Assembly: GCA_965218435.1 (NCBI GenBank)
Contig: CBDCKW010000009.1
Location: 1,344,001-1,408,000 of the forward strand
Length of the DNA: 64,000 nucleotides
Direction of reading: 5' to 3'
DNA from: Truepera sp.
GTDB lineage: Bacteria > Deinococcota > Deinococci > Deinococcales > Trueperaceae
This document shows, in pieces, positions 9,438 to 21,151 of the stretch; positions within the stretch are counted from its first letter, which is position 1; the number at the start of each line of letters is the position of its first letter. A model generated the notes under the pieces. It saw nothing but the letters and a program-made list of their open reading frames with translations, was not told the origin of the DNA and ran no database searches. Made by a program: the position numbers and the translations under genes.

Positions 9438-10092
9438 CTACCGGTACACCACCTCGGCTTGCCACGCACCCACATGAAGCTGCCAGTACACCTCGGCAAT
9501 TTGGGCAGGGGAGAAGTGTTCATCTTTGCCGATGGTTCCGGAAATGGTCACAGTCGAGGTGCGCACGTCCGTATCTTCGAGTTCTTTAGCGAGGTTTAAG
9601 ACCAGCATCCGCAGCGCCGCTTTACCGATAGACAATGAGGCGGCGTCCGGTAGGGGCGTAAGCGCAGCGCCGCCGCCGGTAAACAGCGTGCCGGTATTGC
9701 GTTGGGTCACCGTGGGTAATTTTGGTGGCGACGAGTGCACCCACCACGCTGGTCTGTAAAGCTTCTCCTAGCGCCCGATTTTCCAGACTGCTCACCGCGC
9801 CGAGGTGAAACTGAACGGCGTTATAGATCAGCACGTCGGGTGACCCGAGTTTCGCCTGAACATCGTCAAGAGCGGCGGTCAGCGATTCGGCGTCGCCCGC
9901 GTCGGCTTTGTAGGTATAGGCGCGGATGTCCTCGTCCGCTAAGGTGCGGCGAAACGCCGCTAACCGGTCTTGCTGACGTGCGAGCATAGCGACCTTAAAG
10001 CCTTCTTGCCCGAAGCGGCGGCAGAGGGACAAACCGAGCCCCGGCCCGACGCCAATCACAGCACAGACGTTTGCGAGTTTGGGCGTCGTCAC
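9438..10092 (-). pseudogene. Frameshifted short-chain dehydrogenase
   Basis: N-terminus (GVGPGLG...YNA) and C-terminus (LFTGGG...GKAALR) are in different frames; shift near 9715-9725. Confidence 0.8.
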
Positions 10093-10361
10093 AGGGTTTC
10101 CTCCAAGATGCAGCTGACAGTAGCGAAGGCTCGAGCACAAAATAACTATCCCAAGCTAGCTGGTAACCGTGCGCACTGTCAGCGTGTACGCCTACAAAAG
10201 CAGCTTGGTAACGCCTAAAAAAGCTCTACCTACAAGCCTGCTACGGCAAAAGAGGACAAAGTAACTTACAAAACAATTGTATAACCTCAAGGAACACGTG
10301 TCAAAAACAACATTTGTAAAGCTACCTACGACAAGCTACGCCTTACTTTAAGAATCTAAAC

Positions 10362-12179
10362 TCAGCCCCGCGACCCGAGCGCCCGGTCGAGGTTAAAAGC
10401 GGCGCTGATCAGGCTTAGGTGCGTAAACGCTTGGGGAAAGTTGCCCAACGCCTCACCGCTCGGGCCGGTCTCCTCGGCGTAGAGCCCCAAATGATTGGCG
10501 TACCCCAGCATCCGTTCAAAGGTGAGGCGGGCTTCCTCGAGCTTTTTGGGGTCGGTCTGCCCCGCGCGGGTCAGCGCCTCGACCAGCCAAAAGGTACACA
10601 TATTAAAGGTTCCTTCTTCGCCCATCAGCCCGTCGGCGCTGTGATGCAGGTTGTAACGAAACACCAGACTGTCCGAGACGAGCCCGCCCTTATGCGGAGG
10701 TTGACGGACGGCCTCCAAGGTGCGGAGCATCCGGGGATCGGTTGGGGAGATAAAAAAGACGAGCGGCATCAAGAGCGTTGACGCGTCGAGCGCGTCCGAG
10801 TCGTAACTCTGGACGAACGTCCCCAGCTTTTCGTTCCAGCCCCGCTCCATGATCTCTTCGTAAATCTGGTCACGGATTTTAAGCCACTTTTCACGGTCGG
10901 ACGGAAACGAGCGTTTATCAGCCAGCCGTACCCCCCGGTCGAGCGCCACCCAGCACATCAGTTTGGAATAAACCGCCTGGTAAGGGCCGCCGCGTGGTTC
11001 CCAGATGCTTTCGTCAGGGCGCTGCCAGTTGTCGCACACCCAGTTGAGCGTGCGCCGCACGTGTCGCCACAGCTCAAACGAGATCGGGGTACCGTATTTG
11101 TTGTACAAGTACACCGCGTCCATCAGCTCGCCGTAGATGTCAAGTTGCAGCTGTCTCGAGGCGTCGTTGCCGATCCGTACCGGTGTGGAGCCCTTGTAAC
11201 CCTCCAAGTTGGCGAGCGTCTCTTCGTGGAGGGGCGTCTGCTCCCCGATACGGTACATGATGTCGAGTGAGCCGTCTTCGCTGTGGGCCAGCGCGGTATT
11301 GCCCAGCCACTCCATAAACGCCGCCGCTTCGTCCGTAAAGCCGATTCGCAACAGGCCGTAAAGCGAAAAGGCCGCGTCCCGAATCCAGGTGTAGCGGTAG
11401 TCCCAGTTGCGCCCTCCGCCCAACGTTTCCGGCAAGCTCGCGGTCACCGCTGCCACAATCGCGCCGGTCGGCGCAAAAGTCAATAACTTGAGGGCCAACG
11501 CCGAACGGTGAACCGTCTCGCGCCAGCGGCCCTGGTACGTGCATTTGCTGAGCCAGCGCCGCCAGTAGGTGACGGTATCGTCAAACGAACTTTCCATCTC
11601 GCCCTCGCTGGGGCAAGGTTTGGCGTCTTCACCTGCGGCAAGAGGCGCGAGCACAAAACTGAGCGTTTCGCCCTCGTGAATAGTGAACTCGGTATGGACG
11701 CCCGCACCGTCTACCTCGAGCGGCACCCGCGTCGCCAGCGACAAACTGCACGCCGAACTGCGAAACACGATTCCCTCAGCGGTGGTCTCGACCTCGTGGC
11801 TGTCGCGGGCATAGTTAAACGCCGGACGACACACGATCTTAAAGGGTAATTCGCCGCGAACGCAGTGAACCCGCCGGATCAGGCGCTGCACCCCGTTGAT
11901 CGGCATAAAATCTACAACTTCGGCGACGCCCTCGAGCGACAAAAAGCGGGTGATGAGGACGTTGGTGTCCGGCCAGTAAAGCTGTTTGGTCGTCACGTCG
12001 GCGCAGGTCGGTTCAATCTGAAAGTTGCCCCCCTTGTCGTCATCTAAAATCGCGGCGAAGACGCTCGGTGAATCGAAATGCGGCAGACAGAGCCAGTCGA
12101 GCGAGCCGTTTTTACCGATCAGGGCCGCCGTCCGCAAGTCGCCGATGACGCCGTAGTCTTCGATAGATTGATAAGGCAT
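10362..12179 (-). CDS. Glycoside hydrolase family 15 (trehalase/glucoamylase-like)
   Basis: [21 protein letters not shown] and GNFPQAFTH motifs. Confidence 0.93.
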   Translation of the reverse strand: MPYQSIEDYGVIGDLRTAALIGKNGSLDWLCLPHFDSPSVFAAILDDDKGGNFQIEPTCADVTTKQLYWPDTNVLITRFLSLEGVAEVVDFMPINGVQRLIRRVHCVRGELPFKIVCRPAFNYARDSHEVETTAEGIVFRSSACSLSLATRVPLEVDGAGVHTEFTIHEGETLSFVLAPLAAGEDAKPCPSEGEMESSFDDTVTYWRRWLSKCTYQGRWRETVHRSALALKLLTFAPTGAIVAAVTASLPETLGGGRNWDYRYTWIRDAAFSLYGLLRIGFTDEAAAFMEWLGNTALAHSEDGSLDIMYRIGEQTPLHEETLANLEGYKGSTPVRIGNDASRQLQLDIYGELMDAVYLYNKYGTPISFELWRHVRRTLNWVCDNWQRPDESIWEPRGGPYQAVYSKLMCWVALDRGVRLADKRSFPSDREKWLKIRDQIYEEIMERGWNEKLGTFVQSYDSDALDASTLLMPLVFFISPTDPRMLRTLEAVRQPPHKGGLVSDSLVFRYNLHHSADGLMGEEGTFNMCTFWLVEALTRAGQTDPKKLEEARLTFERMLGYANHLGLYAEETGPSGEALGNFPQAFTHLSLISAAFNLDRALGSRG

Positions 12180-12360
12180 CTAAAAAACTCCTGAAGGTAG
12201 GGGAACCGCGTCACCCAAATGAAAATAAACCTGTTTATATCGTACCTTGTCAGGCGGCAGTTGAGGGGACACAGGTACCGGTGACCGGTCACGTCAAGGT
12301 CGTTTAAGAGCTGGTTGTCAGCGTGTGAAAAATTGGGTTCGAGGCTTCCGGACAAACGGT

Positions 12361-12597
12361 CTAAGTATGCTTTTGCTCGAGATATTTGTAATAGTCTGCT
12401 CTGCTCACGTTCACATCTTTGAGCACACCACTTAACGCACGCGTAATAGGCGGCAGTGCTTCTTCATCAAGCGGTTCGCCAAGTTGGGCAAAATAATCGG
12501 CGACAAGCTGCGACACAGATTTCCCGGACACTTCCGCGTAATGCTCCGCGCGTTCGATGAGGGTTTGCTCGAGTTCCAGAGTCAGCTTAGCTTGCAT
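12361..12597 (-). CDS. DUF6364 family putative antitoxin
   Basis: KLTLELE...GKSVSQLVADYF...YLEQKH pattern. Confidence 0.75.
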   Translation of the reverse strand: MQAKLTLELEQTLIERAEHYAEVSGKSVSQLVADYFAQLGEPLDEEALPPITRALSGVLKDVNVSRADYYKYLEQKHT

Positions 12598-12823
12598 AGG
12601 TTAATAGTACCCGGTTTAGCAAAGTTTCGTTGAAATAGAGACTCGAGTCTAGTAGGCACAGCACCACGCGAATCAGCAAGTGCAGCGACAATAGAATTAG
12701 CTAAAAAGCTTAGATCGTGTCAAAGATATTTTTGCTCGAGCTAGCTGAAGCAACCCTGCTGATTGCGTGTCTATCGTATTTTGGTATAAAGCTGAGTATC
12801 TCTCAAAATGTAAGAATACCCGT

Positions 12824-15511
12824 ATGCCACTTGACCCTTTAGGCACTGCTTCTAACTTGCTAGCTCTATATCAAGTTGTGGGAAAACTTATTAAAGACAA
12901 GGCGGCTCTAAACCAAGCACTTGAAAGTATCAAGTCAAGTGTTTATGAAATCTTTCCTAACGATGTAGATTTTGTTCTGCGACTGTTGAGCGAAAACCAA
13001 GCTGTTGCAGTCGAACTCACATCTACAAGAATGAACAAGCGAGAGCATCTAGTAAAGCTTTTCAAGGATGCATATGTTGAAGCACCGGGGTTATCCTGGT
13101 CGAGCTACCAAGAAGACCTGGTGGGACAGTTTGTGACCGCAGTGTCTGCGATACTCCTTGGATACAGGATCAATGAAGTTCAATCAGCAGCTGACTACCT
13201 GGACGGTAGAGCGCAGGAGAGACACCAAACGGCTTTTAACTCCCAGGAGTTGTTACACAATCTGAAATTAGACGTTGAGCAGTTAAGAAGTGACCTTGGT
13301 AGGGACCAACAGAGCCGACAAGAAGCCCAAGTTTCAAATGGCTCGCTGAAAGTACGCCGTTTGCCCGCATCAACTTCCTCATTTACGGGTAGAAGTGAAG
13401 CACTCGCAGAACTGTCCAAGCGTTTGCACGGTGACGTACAAGTTATTTATGGTTTAGGCGGAGTTGGGAAAACTCAGCTAGCAGTTAAATATGCACTTAC
13501 TCAAGAAGCGAACTATGATGTCATATGGCAAATACGTTCTGGAAACTTTTCGTCTATAGCTACTGATCTCGGAGAACTCGCTGTTACGCTTAGGCTAGCA
13601 GTAAACGAAGACCGAGCGGACGTCAAGCTCTCTCGTCTGCGAAACTGGCTTTCGGCAAACTCGAGTTGGCTACTTATCTTCGATGATTTACAAGACTTAG
13701 CTGAACTTCACAAAGTACTGACCTTAGAGCCGACTTTTCAAGGCAAAATCCTAATCACATCCCGAAATAGCAATTGGGGAAACTCTGTTCAATCAATTCG
13801 CCTGGATACTTGGGTAGAAGAAGAGTCCGTTCAGTTTTTGAAGATTCGGCTTAAATCAGACAAATACGACGAGGAAGACGAACTAAAAAAATTAGGGCAT
13901 CTTCTTGGCAACCTACCGCTTGCAATTGAGCAAGCCGCTGCTTATATCAATGCCACGCCTACCAACGTTCAATCATATAGTCTTCTCTTCACAGAAAGAA
14001 GGGAAGAGCTGTGGCGCGACAGACGGCACGAAACGCATCCAGACGACTATCCCTATACAATAGCGACAACGTGGACCATCTCTATCGAGAAGATGAAAGA
14101 AGATTCTCCCGAAGCATTGCCGCTACTACAAGTCTGCTCATTCTTTGCCCCTGACGATATACCTTTGTTTTTATTCATTTGGGGAAAAGAGATTCTACCA
14201 GAGCCCCTCACAACGATTTTGGGCGATACTCTGGTTCTCAATCAAGTTTTAGCAGCTCTGAGCGACTACTCACTTCTAAACTGTCAAGACGATTTTCTGA
14301 GTGTTCATCAACTCGTTCAAGCTGTTGTACGAGATAGCATTACGGAACCCATACCGTTACTCGAGGCCGTTTTGAAACTTCAACTGGTCGGATTTCCTTT
14401 TGATGTAAGGAATCCTGAAACTTGGGCCATATCGGACTTGCTAACTCCTCACCTACTCGCTTCGTCCAGATTTGCTTTGAAAAGTGATGCTGACATGATG
14501 TTGACAACTGAAGTAATTTACGAAGTTGCCCGTTTGCTCAGCTTCAAAGGCTCTGACTATGGAGTTAGAGAGGTGTACTCAGCTGCAGACGCTTTACTTA
14601 GTGAAGCTATAGCTGTACGAAGACAACACTTCGGCGAAAAACATGGATCAGTGAGCATTTTGCTGAAGTTCCTGGCTGACGTAAGAAAAGACCGCTTTAG
14701 AAAGCAATTCGGGGAGAGTTTACCCTCGTTTGAGAAATTAAAAGAAAACTCTCTTGAGACAATCATATCTTTCGTAAAGACGTTGGACGATGTTGATATT
14801 GCACTAGAAGAAATAATCGCTTTGTATGAAGAAGCCAGTAAAATAGATGCTGAAACCTATGGTGAGGGTAGTCTGCAATACGCCTTTGGAATTAACCGAA
14901 TTGGTGCAGCGTATGTTGATATGGCTGTGTCTTCAGTCAAAGAAAATCTGCTGGAAAGAGCAGAACTATTACAACGTAGAGCATTAAAGATCGCTGAGGA
15001 TGCTGTAGAACATGAAGAGTTTTCAGAAAATGAATTGGTTGCTTATCTTCATAGCCTAGCGAGAACCTTGTTAACGTCAGGGAAGGCTAGTGAGGCGAGA
15101 AGACACCTCGAGCGTTGCTTAGAAATTGCAGAGAGGTCTATGCCTCCTTTGTCTCCCGAACTGGCAACTATCTACGAGTATCTAGGCTATGCACTGATGG
15201 GCGAAAAAACTGGAAAATGGGCTGCTGTAAAGCAGTTTAAGAAAGCCCGTGAAATAGCTGAAGTTCTTGGTATGGAAGAAAGATTTATGAAAAATACTTT
15301 CAACCTCGCAACAAGCTTGACTACTTGCGGAAGAGAGTTTGAGGCGGGACTATACCAAAGGCAAGTTGCAAAGCTCGTTTCCGAAGACCAGCTTGCGCAC
15401 TATGTAGGGCATTTTACTCATCTAACTAAAGGGTTGCCTTCAAGTGACCTCCAGAAAACCGTGCGCGAGGCATTAAGAGCAGTTATTGAAATAAGGAGTA
15501 AAGAAGCTTAA
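12824..15511 (+). CDS. STAND (NB-ARC) NTPase with C-terminal TPR-like repeats
   Basis: FTGR, Walker A GLGGVGKT, Walker B LLIFDD, ITSR, GNLPLAIEQAAAY and VHQLVQ motifs; AT-richer than its flanks; upstream GTG at 12767 possible. Confidence 0.88.
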   Translation: MPLDPLGTASNLLALYQVVGKLIKDKAALNQALESIKSSVYEIFPNDVDFVLRLLSENQAVAVELTSTRMNKREHLVKLFKDAYVEAPGLSWSSYQEDLVGQFVTAVSAILLGYRINEVQSAADYLDGRAQERHQTAFNSQELLHNLKLDVEQLRSDLGRDQQSRQEAQVSNGSLKVRRLPASTSSFTGRSEALAELSKRLHGDVQVIYGLGGVGKTQLAVKYALTQEANYDVIWQIRSGNFSSIATDLGELAVTLRLAVNEDRADVKLSRLRNWLSANSSWLLIFDDLQDLAELHKVLTLEPTFQGKILITSRNSNWGNSVQSIRLDTWVEEESVQFLKIRLKSDKYDEEDELKKLGHLLGNLPLAIEQAAAYINATPTNVQSYSLLFTERREELWRDRRHETHPDDYPYTIATTWTISIEKMKEDSPEALPLLQVCSFFAPDDIPLFLFIWGKEILPEPLTTILGDTLVLNQVLAALSDYSLLNCQDDFLSVHQLVQAVVRDSITEPIPLLEAVLKLQLVGFPFDVRNPETWAISDLLTPHLLASSRFALKSDADMMLTTEVIYEVARLLSFKGSDYGVREVYSAADALLSEAIAVRRQHFGEKHGSVSILLKFLADVRKDRFRKQFGESLPSFEKLKENSLETIISFVKTLDDVDIALEEIIALYEEASKIDAETYGEGSLQYAFGINRIGAAYVDMAVSSVKENLLERAELLQRRALKIAEDAVEHEEFSENELVAYLHSLARTLLTSGKASEARRHLERCLEIAERSMPPLSPELATIYEYLGYALMGEKTGKWAAVKQFKKAREIAEVLGMEERFMKNTFNLATSLTTCGREFEAGLYQRQVAKLVSEDQLAHYVGHFTHLTKGLPSSDLQKTVREALRAVIEIRSKEA

Positions 15512-16752
15512 AGCTTTTGTGCTTTCATCCAATCTATTGTCTTCTCCGCCAACCTCCCCATCGCCTCCACCGCCATCTCAATATGCTCTTCCTTCGTATC
15601 TTCAATCTTGTTATGCGAAATCCCGTGCAGGCTCTGCGTAAACATCATCACGGTCGGAATCCCGGCCTGTGCGACCTCGGCGGCGTCGTGGAGCGGCCCG
15701 CTCGGAAGCCGGTGCGAGGTGCCACACGTCTCTTTAATCGCCTCATCGCACAAGTCAACGAGTGTGTCGTCAAACAAAATCGGCGCAATCTGCCAGAGCT
15801 TGTCCCACTTGACGGTGACGTTACCCGCTTCAGCAAAGCGTTCGCTGGCGTCTTTCGCGTCTTGCAGCATGGCGGCGAGGTCGTCCGCGCTCAGGTTTCT
15901 TTGGTCGAGGGTGATGCGGCACTCCTCGACGACGCTCGTAACGATGCCCGGTTTTGTCGTGCAACTGCCGACCGTGCAGACGCCGCCGCGCCGCTCTGTG
16001 ATGGCGTAGACCTCCGGGCTCATCCGGGCAGCCGCTAACAGGGCGTCTTTGCGTTTGTCCATCGGAGTCGAGCCGGAGTGCGCGGCCTGACCGTAAAAGG
16101 TCATGGCGTGACGTTCGACGCCGAAGGTGCCCAAAACCGCGCCGAGCGGCAAGTCCATATCTAAGAGCACCGGCCCCTGTTCGATGTGAAGCTCGAGATA
16201 CGCCGCCGCATTTTCCAATTCTTTATGCGCCTCGTGCATGGTGTCCAAGTCAACGCCGCACCGCTTCAAAGCGTCCGGTAACGTGATGCCGTCTTTGTCG
16301 GTACGACCTCGCTCATCATCCGGGTTCATGGTGCCGCAACACGCCGACGAACCCAAAAGCGAACGCCCGAAACGCGCACCCTCTTCGTCGGCCCAATCTA
16401 CGAGTCGCACCGTAACGGGCGGTTTGCCGCCGTAAACATCGTTTAAGTGACGCACAACTTCGAGCCCTGCCAGCACATTTAAGCACCCGTCCAACCAGCC
16501 GCCGTTCGGCACCGAGTCCATGTGTCCGCCGATGATGAGCACTTTTTCGGATTCACCTTGCAGCGTTGACCAGACGTTGCCCGCCGCGTCCATATGGGTC
16601 TCGAGCGGCAATGCGCCCAATTTTTCCCGGAGCCATTGGCGCGATTCCAGCCAGGTATCGCTCCAGGCGACGCGCTGCGCCCCGTTTTCGTCGCCGGTCA
16701 GGGCGCGGAGGTCTTTAAGTTCAGCGACGGTGCGTTTGGGGTTGAGTGTCAT
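15508..16752 (-). CDS. Zn-dependent M20 amidohydrolase (N-carbamoyl-L-amino acid/allantoate amidohydrolase family)
   Basis: GGHMDSVPNGG.LDG, DEEGARF, ELHIEQG and HDA motifs. Confidence 0.9.
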   Translation of the reverse strand: MTLNPKRTVAELKDLRALTGDENGAQRVAWSDTWLESRQWLREKLGALPLETHMDAAGNVWSTLQGESEKVLIIGGHMDSVPNGGWLDGCLNVLAGLEVVRHLNDVYGGKPPVTVRLVDWADEEGARFGRSLLGSSACCGTMNPDDERGRTDKDGITLPDALKRCGVDLDTMHEAHKELENAAAYLELHIEQGPVLLDMDLPLGAVLGTFGVERHAMTFYGQAAHSGSTPMDKRKDALLAAARMSPEVYAITERRGGVCTVGSCTTKPGIVTSVVEECRITLDQRNLSADDLAAMLQDAKDASERFAEAGNVTVKWDKLWQIAPILFDDTLVDLCDEAIKETCGTSHRLPSGPLHDAAEVAQAGIPTVMMFTQSLHGISHNKIEDTKEEHIEMAVEAMGRLAEKTIDWMKAQKL

Positions 16753-16849
16753 AGACGATTGTACAGCAGGTAGCAAAGTTGGTCTCCCTGCGGTCGGAGC
16801 TGGTCATAAACGCTCTCACATTGAGTTGAGCCGAGCTAAACACACGCTG

Positions 16850-16893
16850 AAAAAAGTTTACGGCGTTCAAACGTTGAACGCCGTAAAACCTTT
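16850..16893 (-). terminator. Intrinsic terminator after xylA
   Basis: 14-bp perfect stem TTTACGGCGTTCAA/TTGAACGCCGTAAA followed by a T run on the minus strand. Confidence 0.85.
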
Positions 16894-16916
16894 CTAACTG
16901 CAAATATCTGCTGAGG

Positions 16917-18080
16917 TCAGCGGCCTCCCAAAAGCAGTTCTACGGTGAGCTGGTCGAGTTTTTCGAGCCCCGGTCCCCGCGTTCGCAACACCTCAACGTC
17001 AAACGAATAATCTTTAAGCGACTGCGCGTTTTCAGAAGTGAACGTCTGGCTGAGGGACTCGAGCCCTTCATCTCTCACCTTATACGCTGCGATGAGGTCT
17101 TGAATTTCGCTGTCTTCGCTAAACTGCTGCACCTTCTCTTTGAGCAGCAGATACGTCTTCATACACCCTTCGGCGAACGCCCACACCCCGGCCTCGTCTT
17201 CGGTACGTAGGGCGTGCGCGTCGAAGTGCCGCACACCGTCGTACCCGGACTCCTCCAAAAGCTTGACGGTAAAAAACGCGCCTTTGAGGTTTTCCGCCCC
17301 GAACCGCAAATCCTGATCGAAACGGCCTGGTTTTTGGTCGTTCAAATCCACGTGAAAGAGCTTGCCCGCGTCGAGGGCTTGGGCGAGCGCGTGCGGAAAG
17401 GATAGTCCGGCCATCGTCTCGTGGGCAAACTCGGGGTTGACGCCGAACTGTTCGGGCTTAGCGAGCGTCGTGATAAAGCCGAGGGCGCTGCCGACGGTGG
17501 GCAGGTAGATGTCGCCTCTTGGTTCGTTGGGTTTGGGCTCGAGCGCAAACTTAAAACCGTACTCTTGTGCGTCCGAGTACTCCGCCAAAAAGTTGAGCGC
17601 CTCGCGGAAATGCTCGAGCGCGTCCAGCGTATTGCTGCCCGCGTCTACCTCGGCACCTTCACGTCCGCCCCAGAAGACGTAAACCGGTGCGCCGAGTTCA
17701 GCGCCCAAATCCATCGCCTTCATCGTTTTTTGCAGGGCAAAGGCGCGGACTCGTGCGTCAGCGGCGGTAAATGCACCGTCCTTAAAAATGGGGTCGGTAA
17801 AGAGGTTCGTCGTCGCCATCGTGACTTTGAGGCCGGTGTCGTTTAGCGCCTCTTTGAACTCGGCGACGATGCGGTCCCTTTCTTGCAGCGAAGCGTCAAA
17901 CGGCACCAGGTCGTTGTCATGCAGCGAGACCCCGTAAGCCCCTAGCTCAGCGAGCTTTTGCACCGAATAGGTGGGCTTTAAGGGTTTGCGGGTCGGTTCA
18001 CCAAAGGGGTCACGGCCGGGGTTGCCGACGGTCCACAGGCCGAAGGTGAACTTGTCTGAGGGTTGCGGGGTTAGGGTCAT
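16917..18080 (-). CDS. xylA: Xylose isomerase (class I, Thermus/Streptomyces type)
   Basis: [31 protein letters not shown] and FDQDLRFG motifs. Confidence 0.96.
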   Translation of the reverse strand: MTLTPQPSDKFTFGLWTVGNPGRDPFGEPTRKPLKPTYSVQKLAELGAYGVSLHDNDLVPFDASLQERDRIVAEFKEALNDTGLKVTMATTNLFTDPIFKDGAFTAADARVRAFALQKTMKAMDLGAELGAPVYVFWGGREGAEVDAGSNTLDALEHFREALNFLAEYSDAQEYGFKFALEPKPNEPRGDIYLPTVGSALGFITTLAKPEQFGVNPEFAHETMAGLSFPHALAQALDAGKLFHVDLNDQKPGRFDQDLRFGAENLKGAFFTVKLLEESGYDGVRHFDAHALRTEDEAGVWAFAEGCMKTYLLLKEKVQQFSEDSEIQDLIAAYKVRDEGLESLSQTFTSENAQSLKDYSFDVEVLRTRGPGLEKLDQLTVELLLGGR

Positions 18081-18146
18081 GGCTACTCTCCTGTTCTCGT
18101 TGTTTCTTGTAAGGTACACGCCTCGAGCCAGTTGATAAGTTGACGC

Positions 18147-18600
18147 TCAGTTGCCCAGCTCGAGCTGGGTTTGCGCCTGTCCGACCTGAAGCGTGTAGTT
18201 CCCCAGCAATATTACCGGCTCAGCTCCGCCCAAAATATCGCCTGGGATGACCTCGAAACGCTCCAATGGTACGGCAACGTTGACTGTCCGCTGCTCCCCC
18301 GGTTTTAACGCGACTTTGGCGAAGCCTACCAGTTCTTTTACTGGGGTCAGCACCCCCGGCGGCGGACGGCTCAGATAGACCTGCACGGTCTCGCTACCCG
18401 CCATTTTGCCTGTGTTCTCGACCTCTACGCTGACCTTGACGGTTTTACCCTCGAGCACTGCACTCAAGCTCTGCTGCGTTGGGTGTAGCTGAGGCTGTAA
18501 CCCCCCCACCCAATGCGTGAAGCGAGTCGTGGCTCCTGGTAGTGCGTCGTAGGTAAGCGGCAGCTGCCGTGTGTTTGGGCCAGCTAAAAGGCAACTGACC
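18147..18600 (-). pseudogene. Remnant of a GH3 beta-xylosidase/glucosidase (C-terminal Fn3-like domain)
   Basis: VENTG..AGSETVQVY, ELVGFAKV.LKPGE; QLPLTYD and an out-of-frame GYSLSYT motif upstream; no catalytic domains. Confidence 0.75.
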
Positions 18601-18817
18601 GCTCGGATTTCCTTGACCAAAAACGTCGGCAACTGCTGTGTCCCTGAGCCTAAGCTGTTTGGTTTGAGCGTGAGGTTCGCACGAGGCTGCCGGATCCGGC
18701 TACCGCACGTTGTCACAAGCTGTGACCGTCCGCTCGAGACCAGAAACTGCTGAGCCGCAACTTGCCACCACGACCCGGTACGGGGGCTCGAGGCGGTGGA
18801 GCTGTAAGTGTTGTAGC

Positions 18818-19573
18818 TCAGGCCGACCTATCTTGGCCCAAGATAATCATGCTCAACACTTCGTCTTGGGTGACATCTTGGGTGCGGTGCGTCCCGACGA
18901 GCCGCCCATTATGCATCACGCTGATCCGGTCGGTTAGGTTAAAGACGTCGTGGATATCGTGGCTGATCAAAAAGATGCCGAGCCCTTCGCGTTTAAGTTG
19001 CGCAATCAGTTCGCCCACCTTTTGGGTCTCTTGCGGACCTAACGCGGCGGTCGGCTCGTCCATAATCAAGACTTTAGCGTTAAAGTAAACCGCTCTGCCA
19101 ATCGCAATTGCCTGACGCTGACCGCCGGAAAAGTTTCGTACCGGGTCACGCAGGGAGCCGATTTTGAGGTCTAAACGGTCTAAAATCTTGCGGGTTTCAC
19201 CCTCCATCTTGTCGTCGTCCACCGCGCCGAACGCACCTGTAAGCTCGCGCCCTAAAAAGATATTGGCGGACGCGGTGAGGTTGTCCGCTAGGGCCAGCGC
19301 CTGATAGATAGTTTCAATGCCGTACTTTTTGGCGTCTTTGGGGGTGCGAATAGTCGCGGGTTGTCCGGCGACCCGAATCTCGCCTTCGTCAGCGGTATAG
19401 GCTCCCGAAAGGATTTTAATCAGGGTGCTTTTACCCGCGCCGTTGTGCCCTAAAAGTCCCAACACCTCACCGGGATAGAGGTCGATAGACACGTCCTCTA
19501 CGGCGTGAACGCCGCCGAACGACTTAGAGATGTGGTGCATTTCGATCAGGGGCGTGCTTGTATCGGTGCTCAC
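18818..19573 (-). CDS. xylG: Sugar (xylose) ABC transporter ATP-binding protein, single domain
   Basis: [21 protein letters not shown] and ISHD motifs. Confidence 0.85.
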   Translation of the reverse strand: MSTDTSTPLIEMHHISKSFGGVHAVEDVSIDLYPGEVLGLLGHNGAGKSTLIKILSGAYTADEGEIRVAGQPATIRTPKDAKKYGIETIYQALALADNLTASANIFLGRELTGAFGAVDDDKMEGETRKILDRLDLKIGSLRDPVRNFSGGQRQAIAIGRAVYFNAKVLIMDEPTAALGPQETQKVGELIAQLKREGLGIFLISHDIHDVFNLTDRISVMHNGRLVGTHRTQDVTQDEVLSMIILGQDRSA

Positions 19574-19574
19574 C

Positions 19575-20831
19575 CTAGTCAGCTGCCAGACCACTGCGGC
19601 GGCGGTAGATAACGTCAAGCCAGACTGCGACGATCAGGACGCCGCCGATCACAACTTGTTGCAGGGGGCTCGAGAGTCCCACCAAAACCATCCCGCTCTG
19701 CAAACTCTGCATCAAAAGAGCGCCCAACATTGCGCCAGCGATGGTGCCGTAGCCGCCCGCGAGTGAGGTGCCGCCGATCACCACAGCGGCGATCACATAA
19801 AGTTCGGTCAGCGTTCCCGTCGAGTTGGCCCCGGCATTGAGGCGGGCTGACGCAACGGCTCCGGCCACCGCGCAGAGCATCCCGATAATGACAAACATCC
19901 AGAGCCGCACCTGTTTGGTGTCAACCCCGGCCAGCGCGGTCGCTTCAGGATTACCGCCGAGCGCGTAGACGTAACGCCCGAAGCGGGTCTGGCTCGCCAC
20001 ATAGTTCATCAGCAGGGCAATGACAATCGTAATCAGCGCAGGTACGGGAATCCCCCGCGGAATATCGCTACGCGGCTGTGTATAGGCGTTCATCAGCACC
20101 ACGAATCCGGCAATCAAGCCGATGCTGACTAAAAGCGTGACCCCTTCAGCCCAAAGCGGTTTGACGGGAAACTCGAGCCGTTGCCGTTTGGCGCGGCCCC
20201 GCAAGGTACTGATCAGGAGCGCCAAAATAGCGACGCCGCCGACGACCCAGCTCCACGTCCCACCAATCGAGCCGCTACCGAGGGTTTGAAACGGCGCGTC
20301 GAGCGGCGCGACCGTGCGCCCCTGCGTAACGAGCCACGCGCCGCCGCGCCAGATCAGGAGACCCGCCAGCGTCACGATAAACGACGGCACCCCCTGATAC
20401 GCGATCCAGTACCCTTGAAACGCGCCGACCAGACCGCCGATTAAAACACCTAAAAGTACGCCGATAAGCCAACCGAGCGGGATATTGGGCGCTAACCACT
20501 CGACCTGCGTGGCCGCCATGATCATCCCCAAAAAGCCGAGCAGTGAACCGACCGAGAGGTCAATCTGCCGGGTGACGATAACCAAGACCATCCCGGTAGC
20601 GACGATACCGACGACGCTCGCCTGCACGACTAGGTTCCAAAGGTTGCGCGGCGTTAAAAAGGTGCCGTCGGTTACGGCGTTAAAGATCAGCCAGATAACG
20701 AGCAGTGCGCCGACCATACCGAGCAGCCGGGGGTCAAGCTCGAGCGCCCCCAACAAGCCGCCGAAACCGCCCTTAGGCTTCTCAGCTGGCGTCTTCTTAT
20801 CTCGAACAACCATTTTACCCTCTTGGTCCAT
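19575..20831 (-). CDS. xylH: Xylose ABC transporter permease
   Basis: [18 protein letters not shown] and [11 protein letters not shown] motifs. Confidence 0.85.
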   Translation of the reverse strand: MDQEGKMVVRDKKTPAEKPKGGFGGLLGALELDPRLLGMVGALLVIWLIFNAVTDGTFLTPRNLWNLVVQASVVGIVATGMVLVIVTRQIDLSVGSLLGFLGMIMAATQVEWLAPNIPLGWLIGVLLGVLIGGLVGAFQGYWIAYQGVPSFIVTLAGLLIWRGGAWLVTQGRTVAPLDAPFQTLGSGSIGGTWSWVVGGVAILALLISTLRGRAKRQRLEFPVKPLWAEGVTLLVSIGLIAGFVVLMNAYTQPRSDIPRGIPVPALITIVIALLMNYVASQTRFGRYVYALGGNPEATALAGVDTKQVRLWMFVIIGMLCAVAGAVASARLNAGANSTGTLTELYVIAAVVIGGTSLAGGYGTIAGAMLGALLMQSLQSGMVLVGLSSPLQQVVIGGVLIVAVWLDVIYRRRSGLAAD

Positions 20832-21043
20832 AAAATAAATATAGCGGTTTCCGTAGTTACCAAGCTAGCTTTTCGCTTAGGTCATTCCGGCTTTGCCGAG
20901 GAAAGCAGCTCGTAGGGGTACAGTGCTTACCCGCTTAGCTCGGCTCAAACCAGCTGACGCATGCCCCCAAGTGCCTACCAGGGTATACCTGCGCTATGTA
21001 GAGGAGAGCCGTCCACCTTGTAGGGGAGGGGTCATTCTGACTA

Positions 21044-21151
21044 GAACCTATCTCAAAAATGGCTTTTCAGACCGAGAGCGTCCCATTTTACTCGCTTAGC
21101 TCGGTCAACCCCTCTTAGACCGAGGCCCAAAAGGGGTTTTGAGATGACTTC
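21044..21151. mobile_element. MITE-like / IS-end relic (~108 bp)
   Basis: Imperfect terminal inverted repeats GAACCTATCTCAAAA / TTTTGAGATGACTTC; non-coding. Confidence 0.5.
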
